From positions 1 through 49,222 of IMG/VR virus record IMGVR_UViG_3300031553_000005: 49,222 bases of DNA; one strand, 5' to 3'. The stretch comes from a virus. A program made the translations under genes and the position numbers. Under the pieces are notes generated by a model that did no database searches, had not been told where the DNA came from, and worked only from the letters and a program-made list of their open reading frames with translations. Shown here in pieces: positions 41,379 to 49,222 of this stretch; position 1 is the stretch's first letter; each line of letters opens with the position of its first letter.

Positions 41379-43225
41379 TGTCCTGGCTTTCACGTTTCAT
41401 CACGGGCGCGGCGGCCCTAGCCGCAAGTTTCATCCCGGGAATCGGGCAGTTTCTCTCTCTGGGTCTGAGGATGTTCGCTCTCAATCAGGCCAAGTCCCTC
41501 ATCCCTCGGCTCACGAAGTGGACCCAGCTGGCCAGAGAGAACATCACGGACACCAAGGTCCGGGTGCCCCTGATCTATGGCCGGGCCAAGGTGGGGGTAC
41601 GCATCATCGATGTGCGGGAGAACACCTCAGGATATCTGTGGATGGTGGGAGCACTCTGTGCCGGATCACGTAGCGACGATGGGATCAGCGGCGTCCACGA
41701 ACTCTACCTGGACGAAGAGCTGGCGGTGAACTCCGGGGGCTCGGTGGTCGGGCGCTTCGATGGCAAGCTGACGAAGGATACTACCCGCACGGGCTCGTCT
41801 ACCCAGACCGTGCTCACTGCGCTGAACACGGACTTCCCGACCTCCTGGCCTGCATCCGCCCGGGGCAGGGGAGTGGCCTACGTGGCCCTCAAGCTCAAGC
41901 CCGACAAGGACACCTGGTCGTCTATCCCCGATATCACGGCCATCGTGGATGGACGGGAGGTCTACGATCCCAGGGACGAGACCTGGAAGTACTCGAACAA
42001 CCCTGCGCTCTGCATCCGGGACTACCTGCTGGACACCGTACACGGCCCGGGCCTCGACGAGAGTGAGCTCATCGACTCCGACTTCGAAGACGAGGCCGAC
42101 TACTGCGACGACCTGGTCAGTGTCCCAGACGGTGAAGGGGGCTCCACGACTCAGAAGCGCTTCACGTGCGATGGTGTGCTCGATACCGCCCGACACTGGT
42201 ATGAAAACCTGGCCGACATGGAGTCCTCGTGTCTGGGGCACGTGGTCCCGAGGGGCAATGGCAAGATCGGCTTCTACATTCGCAAGGTGAAGGCGCCCAC
42301 CTCATTCAAGCTGAACGAAGACAACATCGTCGGCGACTGGAACTTCGAGAAGGCCAAGAGCAAGGACGTCGCCAACCTCGTGCGGGCGACCTTTATCGAC
42401 CCCGACCGGGAATGGCAGCCTTTCGTGTCGCAGTTCCCCGAACTGGACGCCGCGAACCCCTACCTGACCGCCGACAATGACTTCGAGTCCACAATGGACA
42501 TCGACCTGCCGTTTACCACCGACTTCTACCGGGCCGCACAGATCGCACAAGTGATGCTCAATGAATCGCGCCAGGACCTGGCCTGTGCCCTCACCGCAAA
42601 GGAGGAAGCGCAGCAACTGGTGATCGGGGACGTGGTGCCGGTCTCTCACTCAACCCCGGGCTGGGATGAGAAGCCCATGTGGGTGGCGGGGCTGCATATC
42701 TCCCCGGCAGGCCTGGTGCGGCCCATCCTCTCCGAGTACGACGCCGCAGCCTACTCGCTGGATACCCTCTCGGACAAGGACACCACACCCGACACCAACC
42801 TTCCGGATCCGTACACGGTAGCGGCTCCCACCGGCCTGACCCTGCTGAGCGATGAGACCACGGCCCTGACCTCCGGCACCGGCGGTCCGGTTCCGCGCAT
42901 CAAGGTCACCTGGACGAACTCGACGCACCCCTGGCTGGATTACACGGAAGTCTTCGCCCGCAAGCAGGGCGACAGCGACTGGGATCCGATCGCGCGGGTG
43001 GACTCCCGGGACCCGGAACTCGTGTACGTGATGGACGTCTCGGCCGGCGAGACCTGGGAGGTGGGGATCCGGGCGGTGAACACGCTGGGCGTGAAGTCCA
43101 CGCTGGTGACCGATACCGTGGTGATCCCGAATCCCACCGAGCCTCCGCACGTCAACGACCCGCCGGACGCCCCGACCAGCGTCGAGCTGACGGTCACGCG
43201 CGGTAAGCTCGAGGTGGTGGCCTGA
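41378..43225 (+). CDS. Host-specificity/central tail fibre protein (lambda gpJ / GTA g15-like)
   Basis: NNPALCIRDYLLDTVHGPGL...FEDEADYCDDLV...KRFTCDGVL pattern; FN3-like C-terminus. Confidence 0.65.
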   Translation: MSWLSRFITGAAALAASFIPGIGQFLSLGLRMFALNQAKSLIPRLTKWTQLARENITDTKVRVPLIYGRAKVGVRIIDVRENTSGYLWMVGALCAGSRSDDGISGVHELYLDEELAVNSGGSVVGRFDGKLTKDTTRTGSSTQTVLTALNTDFPTSWPASARGRGVAYVALKLKPDKDTWSSIPDITAIVDGREVYDPRDETWKYSNNPALCIRDYLLDTVHGPGLDESELIDSDFEDEADYCDDLVSVPDGEGGSTTQKRFTCDGVLDTARHWYENLADMESSCLGHVVPRGNGKIGFYIRKVKAPTSFKLNEDNIVGDWNFEKAKSKDVANLVRATFIDPDREWQPFVSQFPELDAANPYLTADNDFESTMDIDLPFTTDFYRAAQIAQVMLNESRQDLACALTAKEEAQQLVIGDVVPVSHSTPGWDEKPMWVAGLHISPAGLVRPILSEYDAAAYSLDTLSDKDTTPDTNLPDPYTVAAPTGLTLLSDETTALTSGTGGPVPRIKVTWTNSTHPWLDYTEVFARKQGDSDWDPIARVDSRDPELVYVMDVSAGETWEVGIRAVNTLGVKSTLVTDTVVIPNPTEPPHVNDPPDAPTSVELTVTRGKLEVVA

Positions 43226-46200
43226 TGTCCATCGAGCTGCAGATCACGACGTTCGACTTCTGGATCGAGGTCGAGTACGAGAAGGACGCCCTGTTCGACA
43301 CATTCGAGTTCCGCGTGTACGAGGACGGCGGCGACCCCGAGAGGGCCGAGATACTGAAGTCCGAGGGGTTCGGGAGTGACCCGTACACGATCTTCATGCC
43401 GCGGCAGCGGAAGGGGACCGGGATCGGCGAGGACTGGTATGCCGACGTCCGGGTGCGGAACGTGGACGGGCAGGTCTCGGACTGGGCGTCGAGCGCGAAG
43501 GAGACCGGGACCGGGGACGACATCTCGGTGCTCGAGCAGGAGGGGATCTATGTCGCGGCCGACTTCATCACCCGGGACGGCGCGACCCCGCTGATCGACG
43601 ACTGGGACGCCGGCCCGTTCGAGATCCGGGCGGAGACCTTCGAGAGTGACGTGATTACCGGCACGGCTCCCCTCACGGTCGCCTCGACTACGCTGGTCTC
43701 CAACCTCAACGCCGACCTGCTGGACGGGCAGGAGGGAACCCACTTCCTAGACTCGGCCAACTTCACCGGGACTGACTGGACGGACCTGACAGACGCGGGA
43801 GCCACAACGCTCCACAAGCATGACCACGGTGGGTTAGACGGTCTAGGAGACGACGACCACACGCAGTACCTCCTGGCGAACGCTACTCGCGGAGTGAGTG
43901 CGAATTGGGATATCGGGGACTACCAACTCCGGGCCAAGCAGTTCTACTCGGATACGGATGGAGCAACAGGTGGGATTCTCCTCGGTAGCGATACACAGTT
44001 TTATCAGAGCGCAAGCAACACGATATACACGCCGGATGCTCTGGGGGTGGGTGGGGTTGCCTCTTTTGGGCACTCTTTGTCCATAACGGATGCCACGGAT
44101 ACAAAACTATATCTCCGCAGTCCCGGTGGCTCTGGAAACACTCAGATTATTTTAGAGGACAATGACGGTACGGATAGGTGGTCGTTCGTACAATATGACG
44201 AGGGAGGACTCCTTCGCCTATACAACTTTACCCTGTCTGGTGCCCACGTAGACTTCAACCTTGACGGCACAACCGATTTTGAAGGCGGGAATGTTTCTCT
44301 AGGCACGCACTCTCTCTTGTTCGGCACCTTCGGTAGTGAAGATGTCAACCTCTACCGTAGTGCTGCTAACGTACTCAAGACAGATGATTCGTTCATCGTG
44401 GGCGGCGACGTGACGGTTGGGGACGACCTGTTCCTTAACACCGATGCGGCCAATATCTATATCGGTGCTGACGACGATTTGCAGATCACCCACAGTGGGA
44501 CCGGCGGGACCATCAACAGCCTGACTGGGGGTCTGTCGCTAAAGTCTGTCGCCAGCCTGCACCTCCAGGACGCGACCGCCCAGAACATCTACGTGTTCCA
44601 GGACCTCACCAGTGGCAACCCAGTTATTGACTTCTTCGGATGGGACTCTGGGTCGGGCTCACAGAAGTACGGGGAATTGGGGGTCAACTCCAGCGGAGAG
44701 GCGTTCTTCCAGTACCAAAACAAAGCGAATCTTCGGCTCAGGAGTTACACGATATTGGAGACGGATGCTGGAAGTTCTATGTACTTCGACGCCGGGAACC
44801 TGTTTACATGGCGTGATGTAGACGATGGCAAGGCCACCCGCATGAGCCTCGACAGCGCGACGGGTCTGCTGACCGTCACGGGTAAGCACATTGATTCTAC
44901 TGCCGAGACGTTGCAGCACTGGGCGTTGGATGAGGACACGAATAGTTATCTGAGGGTTGGGAATATTACTGGCATTAATGCAATGTTCAAGCCCATGATT
45001 TATGGCCGACAGAGTGGGGTAGGCGAAGCACTTTTCTTTGTAGGCGCAACGACTACTGACACAGGTGTTCTTGGCGCCATTGCTTTCGATGGGCGACTTG
45101 TTGCTGCGCCACTTGCGACTCGCCCAATCATGACAATAGCGAACTACGGGACAAAGAAATGGACGCTTTCTGCCAGTGGTGCTGTATGGATGACAAACAA
45201 TCTTTATATGCCCGGCCTCGACATCGGCTCCACGGCGAGTGAGATAGGGAACATCTATCAGGGAGACTCCAAGGTTATTTACTGGGGTGCCGACCAAGAT
45301 GCCTACGCTTTTCACGATGGCTCCAACTTCTATCTAAAGAACTACACCGGGGAAACCCGGTTCTGGATGGGGGCCGAGACGGCCCTGACGATGGTGAAGG
45401 ACGGTGCCGTCACCCTCTACTGGAACAATACACCGAAGTTCGCCACGGCCACGGGCGGCGTCAGCGTCACGGGTTCGATCACCACGCCGGCGACGACCGA
45501 CCTGACGCTCGCGCCGACCGGCGACCTGATCCTCGACCCGGCCGGCGGGGAGACGTTCGTCGACGGGACGCTGGTCTCGGACGAGACGTTCGCGTCCGGG
45601 GTGTTCGGCTCCGGGTGGCGCGTCTCGAAGGTCAGCGACGAGTGGTCGGCCGAGTTCGACCGGCTGACGGTGCGGGGCACCCTCGAGGCCTTCGTCTTCA
45701 AGAAGCACATCGTGCAGGCGTCGAACGCCCTGCTCCTGGTGACGGATTCCTGCAAGCTCGACGACGACGTCACGGCGATCCAGACGGCCCTGACGGTCGT
45801 GGAGAACACGCTGGCCGCGAACGACGTCGTGCTGATCCAGGACGAGATCGGCGGGAACATCTACCGCGAGATCGTGACGGTGACCTCGGTCGCAGGGGAC
45901 ACGGTCAACGTCACGCGCGCGGTCGTCGGCACCGCCCGGGCCTGGCCCGGCGGGACGGTGCTGACCCGGATCGGGAACACCGCGACGGGAGCCAGGCAGG
46001 GCTCGATCCTGCTCGACGCGGGCACGGCGAACGCACCGTTCATCGACATCCTCGGCGTCGAGGACACGAGCGACTTCAGCGCGACCTACACCGAGTCGGT
46101 CACGAACGCCATCGGGAAGGTCAAGGTCCGGCTCGGCCAGCTCTCGGGGATCACCGACGCCGCCGTCGGCCTGTCCGGCTCGGACGAGTTCGGGCTGTAT

Positions 46201-48429
46201 GCGTCGAACGCGTACCTCAAGGGCCGGCTGCGGGCCACCCTGATCGAGACGGCCGCGTCCGGCCAGCGGGTGGAGATCGACGGCACGGAGAACGAGCTGA
46301 CGATCTACGATGGCGACGACAACGCGTGGATCGGCCTCGGGAAGGTGTTGCCGGGCGACGACTTCGGGCTGGAACTCGGCTACCTGGGGATGAGCGCGTC
46401 CACGGTAGTCGCGTACGTCCACGGCAGGATGGTCGTCAGCGACCTGTTCGCGTACACCACGGTCATCAACAACGACGCCGTCGGCACGCTCCAGGCGGAC
46501 TTTTACTCCAACCAGGCGGACGACATCCTGTTCGATGCCGCCCACTTCTCCGTCACCGACGGGACGGACACGCACTTCTACTTCGACACCGGTTCGGGCG
46601 AGTTCCAGGTGTCCGGGTACGTCACGTTCATGGACGGGGCGACGCGCCTGGGGTTCCTGACCGACAACGAGGTCGACATCGGTGAGTCGGACCACCGGGC
46701 GCGGTGGATCTACGCGTACGACGGCAGCTTCGCGGACGACCTCTTCGTCGGGGACGATATCGTGATGGGGGCCGCGATCGCCGAGATCCGGATGGACACC
46801 GCGGACGGCTCGGACAACAAGGGACTCTCGATCGCCGGCGGCGGGACCGCGGGCAGCACGCGGGGCGCGGACTTCTACCTCTACGGGAACGAGCACGCCT
46901 CGCACCCCGGCAGGATATTCCTACGCACCGGCGCGATCGTCGGGACGTACATGGAGTTCGAGGTCAACGGGACGAAGTTCTGGATGGACGAGTCGGACTT
47001 CTACTCGGACTCCGTGCACAACCTGGGGCAGTCGGGTAACTATTTCGGCACGGCTTACCTCACCACCGTCGACCTCGGCACCGACACGATAGAGGATGGC
47101 GACCCGACGGACTGGAACGCGGCTTACGGGTGGGGCGACCACGCGGAGGCCGGATACGCCCCGGCGGCGAGCCCCACGTTCACCGGCACGGTTACGATCC
47201 CCTCGACGGCGGACGACGCGACCTACACCGGGATCGTCACCAACGACGGCGGGGTGCTCAAGTACCGGACCAAGGCCCAGATGCTCTCCGACATCGCCGC
47301 CCTGCCGCTCGCCGGCGGCACGATGGACGGCGACATCGACCTTGATGGGAACAGCCTGGCGGCCGCGCTCAACGTGACCATGACCGGCTACCTGGACGTC
47401 GGATCGTTCGCGTACTTTGCTGAGTACCTCTACCACACCGAGGACTCGAACACCTACATCCGGTTCTTGACCGACACGGTTGAGATCTCGGCCGGTGGCC
47501 ACGTGCTGACGCTCGACGATGACGGACTGTCGTGGAACTGGGCCGTTGGTATCACGGTCGGTAGCTCCGACCCGATGACCGTCAGCATGTCGGGCGCGTG
47601 GGATGACCAGGTGATTAACCCGATAAGGATGCGAGGAACGGTGTCCGGCGGCGCGGACATCGGGTTCGGGGCCTCGCTCGACTTCGACCTCGAGAACGCA
47701 GCCGACACCGGCTACGTCGAGGACGTGGCCAGGATCGCGGCCGTATGGACCGACGTGACGGACTCGGCCGAGCACGCCCGGCTGGAGTTGTGGGGCATGG
47801 CCGACGGCGACTCCGAGTTGTTCGCGATCTTCGAGGACGGGGACGTCGCGTTCTTCGCGGGTACTGCATTCGAGGGCTGCTTTACTCATGAGAACACGGC
47901 CGACCGGATCTACACCTTCCCGGACAAGGCCGGCACCGTGGCCATGACGAGCGACATCTCGGAGGCCACCGCCGACGTGTGGATCCCGCTCGGACCCTGG
48001 CAGGACGCGAAGGCCACCGGCACGGGCACGGCCGCGACGAGTCCGACCTACACGACGAGCTGGAGCAAGCATCTCAATCTATCCCCTGATGACACCGGCG
48101 AGATACTGGTGGCCGAGGTCCTATATGTGCACGACGACTCTCACTCCACCATCCGCATGCGATACGCGGCCTGGATAACCGGAGACACGTTCAAGGCAAC
48201 CTACCGCGTCCGGTTCAAGGTGGACGGAGTCGAGAAGTTCTACGACGCCATCGCGGAGGAGACCGAGACGAACCTCTACTATGACTGGCCGATATCGGGC
48301 ATGACGGCGGGCGTCGGCTATGCCCTACAGATGACGATCCGAGGAACGACGGATGCGCTGTGGGACGGGGATGACGTGTACTTCCGGCACAACCCGAAGA
48401 AGACCATGTTCTACGCAAATGCGGCGTGA
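43225..48429 (+). CDS. Giant tail fibre (1734 aa), compositionally mosaic
   Basis: Fibre motifs SNLNADLLDGQEGTHF, TTLHKHDHGGLDGLGDDDHTQYLL, RIYTFPDKAGTVAMTSD; internal low-GC block from about 43.9 to 45.35 kb. Confidence 0.8.
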   Translation: MSIELQITTFDFWIEVEYEKDALFDTFEFRVYEDGGDPERAEILKSEGFGSDPYTIFMPRQRKGTGIGEDWYADVRVRNVDGQVSDWASSAKETGTGDDISVLEQEGIYVAADFITRDGATPLIDDWDAGPFEIRAETFESDVITGTAPLTVASTTLVSNLNADLLDGQEGTHFLDSANFTGTDWTDLTDAGATTLHKHDHGGLDGLGDDDHTQYLLANATRGVSANWDIGDYQLRAKQFYSDTDGATGGILLGSDTQFYQSASNTIYTPDALGVGGVASFGHSLSITDATDTKLYLRSPGGSGNTQIILEDNDGTDRWSFVQYDEGGLLRLYNFTLSGAHVDFNLDGTTDFEGGNVSLGTHSLLFGTFGSEDVNLYRSAANVLKTDDSFIVGGDVTVGDDLFLNTDAANIYIGADDDLQITHSGTGGTINSLTGGLSLKSVASLHLQDATAQNIYVFQDLTSGNPVIDFFGWDSGSGSQKYGELGVNSSGEAFFQYQNKANLRLRSYTILETDAGSSMYFDAGNLFTWRDVDDGKATRMSLDSATGLLTVTGKHIDSTAETLQHWALDEDTNSYLRVGNITGINAMFKPMIYGRQSGVGEALFFVGATTTDTGVLGAIAFDGRLVAAPLATRPIMTIANYGTKKWTLSASGAVWMTNNLYMPGLDIGSTASEIGNIYQGDSKVIYWGADQDAYAFHDGSNFYLKNYTGETRFWMGAETALTMVKDGAVTLYWNNTPKFATATGGVSVTGSITTPATTDLTLAPTGDLILDPAGGETFVDGTLVSDETFASGVFGSGWRVSKVSDEWSAEFDRLTVRGTLEAFVFKKHIVQASNALLLVTDSCKLDDDVTAIQTALTVVENTLAANDVVLIQDEIGGNIYREIVTVTSVAGDTVNVTRAVVGTARAWPGGTVLTRIGNTATGARQGSILLDAGTANAPFIDILGVEDTSDFSATYTESVTNAIGKVKVRLGQLSGITDAAVGLSGSDEFGLYASNAYLKGRLRATLIETAASGQRVEIDGTENELTIYDGDDNAWIGLGKVLPGDDFGLELGYLGMSASTVVAYVHGRMVVSDLFAYTTVINNDAVGTLQADFYSNQADDILFDAAHFSVTDGTDTHFYFDTGSGEFQVSGYVTFMDGATRLGFLTDNEVDIGESDHRARWIYAYDGSFADDLFVGDDIVMGAAIAEIRMDTADGSDNKGLSIAGGGTAGSTRGADFYLYGNEHASHPGRIFLRTGAIVGTYMEFEVNGTKFWMDESDFYSDSVHNLGQSGNYFGTAYLTTVDLGTDTIEDGDPTDWNAAYGWGDHAEAGYAPAASPTFTGTVTIPSTADDATYTGIVTNDGGVLKYRTKAQMLSDIAALPLAGGTMDGDIDLDGNSLAAALNVTMTGYLDVGSFAYFAEYLYHTEDSNTYIRFLTDTVEISAGGHVLTLDDDGLSWNWAVGITVGSSDPMTVSMSGAWDDQVINPIRMRGTVSGGADIGFGASLDFDLENAADTGYVEDVARIAAVWTDVTDSAEHARLELWGMADGDSELFAIFEDGDVAFFAGTAFEGCFTHENTADRIYTFPDKAGTVAMTSDISEATADVWIPLGPWQDAKATGTGTAATSPTYTTSWSKHLNLSPDDTGEILVAEVLYVHDDSHSTIRMRYAAWITGDTFKATYRVRFKVDGVEKFYDAIAEETETNLYYDWPISGMTAGVGYALQMTIRGTTDALWDGDDVYFRHNPKKTMFYANAA

Positions 48430-48447
48430 GCCGAGGAGGAGGGCGAC

Positions 48448-48720
48448 GTGGTGACGAAAGCCGAAGCAGCATCATTCTACGACCAGTTCAAGGAGACGTG
48501 CGGGCGGGCGCGCCGGAAGGCCGCCGGGGTCGTTCGGGCGGCGAACACGGCCCAGGAGATCGGGCAGCGCCTGAAGGACGAGAAGGGACTGAGCCCGCTG
48601 GTCCGTGCGGTGGCGGAGGCGCGCGGGGAGACGTTGAAGTCGCTGACCGATCAGTGTGCGTCGGCGACGAAGGCGGCCGCGGCGGTGGTTGAGGCGTGGC
48701 CCGAACTCGGAACCGAGTGA
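48448..48720 (+). CDS. Hypothetical helical protein
   Basis: GGAGGAGGG upstream of the GTG; 90 aa. Confidence 0.45.
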   Translation: MVTKAEAASFYDQFKETCGRARRKAAGVVRAANTAQEIGQRLKDEKGLSPLVRAVAEARGETLKSLTDQCASATKAAAAVVEAWPELGTE

Positions 48721-48734
48721 GAGAGGAGACCTAT

Positions 48735-49190
48735 ATGTCGAAGCGAACGAAGAGGGGCGAGAACTCGCGGTCGGCCGGAGCGCCGAAGGCGCGCGAGATC
48801 GGCCTGTTCAACGAGTACATCGACGCGGTAACGGGGCTGTCCCAGACCGAGGAGCGGTTCAAGGCCATGGTCGAGCAGCTCCGTGCCAAGCGTGAGGAGA
48901 TCGAGGCCGACAAGAACCGTGCGTCCCGGTTCCAGTCGTACCTGAAGTGGCAGGCCTCGCTGGACTACGGGAGCCCCGAGAAGGTGAAGCGGGACCTCGC
49001 GCAAATCGAGGACACCCTGGCCAAGCTCGAGGGCACGTACAAGTGGCCGGCGCCCGGCGAGCATCTGAAGAAGATGACCCTGCCGGAGCTACGCGCGTAC
49101 GCCGACGAGATGGAGCTGCCGGACGCGTCGAAGTACAAGACGAAGGCGGCGCTGCTCGCGGCGATCGAGAAGGCGTTCCCGGAGGAATAA
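48735..49190 (+). CDS. Hypothetical protein with C-terminal Rho_N/HeH-like motif
   Basis: GAGAGGAGA SD; C-terminus MTLPELRAYADEMELPDASKYKTKAALLAAIEKA. Confidence 0.5.
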   Translation: MSKRTKRGENSRSAGAPKAREIGLFNEYIDAVTGLSQTEERFKAMVEQLRAKREEIEADKNRASRFQSYLKWQASLDYGSPEKVKRDLAQIEDTLAKLEGTYKWPAPGEHLKKMTLPELRAYADEMELPDASKYKTKAALLAAIEKAFPEE

Positions 49191-49222
49191 CGCGACATGC
49201 CCGGCGATATGGACGAGAAGGA
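49096..49222. repeat. Terminal direct repeat, copy 2
   Basis: Base-for-base identical to 1..127. Confidence 0.95.

Noticed and set aside
45334-48072. Long minus-strand and alternative + frame ORFs inside the fibre gene (45334..46905, 46921..48072, 45615..46685)
   Set aside because: Arg/Pro/Gly-rich nonsense translations typical of off-frames in GC-rich coding DNA. The 1734-aa + frame carries the fibre motifs.
43225-48429. Diversity-generating retroelement targeting the fibre
   Set aside because: I found no reverse-transcriptase-like ORF and no template/variable repeat pair anywhere in the window.
1-49222. CRISPR array, rRNA, transposase/IS element
   Set aside because: I saw no regularly spaced direct repeats with unique spacers, no rRNA-like segments and no transposase motifs. 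The only mobile elements seen are the intein/endonuclease and two HNH genes.

Overview
The window is one complete, circularly closed genome of a temperate, siphovirus-type (non-contractile tail) dsDNA phage or prophage from a high-GC diderm host. Bases 1-127 recur exactly at 49096-49222, so the unique length is 49,095 bp. Nearly all genes are on the + strand with pervasive ATGA/GTGA start-stop overlaps. Gene order: (1) lysis cassette, 102-1759; (2) attP with a tRNA-Arg(CCG)-like 3' fragment plus a tyrosine integrase, 1772-3083; (3) a low-GC moron pair on the minus strand (small membrane protein and outer-membrane beta-barrel); (4) a CI-like/Cro-like switch, 3997-4691; (5) an early operon with a Red-beta/RecT-like annealase, HNH, SbcD, a small ORF and SbcC/Rad50, 5565-11368; (6) about 570 bp with no convincing coding signal; (7) about 25 small early genes (Zn-ribbon, single-TM, ASCH, DUF1376, HNH, XRE); (8) a terminator-like hairpin; (9) a ParB-domain DNA methyltransferase broken at a G12 tract; (10) TerS with a Lys/Ala-rich histone-H1-like N-terminus, then TerL; (11) a seven-gene sugar-modification cassette inserted between TerL and portal; (12) portal, then a Mu F-like head protein carrying an intein whose endonuclease is encoded on the antisense strand; (13) a promoter-plus-terminator leader; (14) protease/scaffold, decoration protein, HK97-fold capsid, connectors, tail tube, a G/GT chaperone with a GGGAAAA -1 frameshift site, tape measure, distal tail proteins, a gpJ-like protein and a 1734-aa compositionally mosaic fibre; (15) two small ORFs. 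I saw no rRNA, intact tRNA, CRISPR array, transposase or reverse transcriptase. All functional calls come from motif recognition by eye and synteny; none has been checked by a database search.
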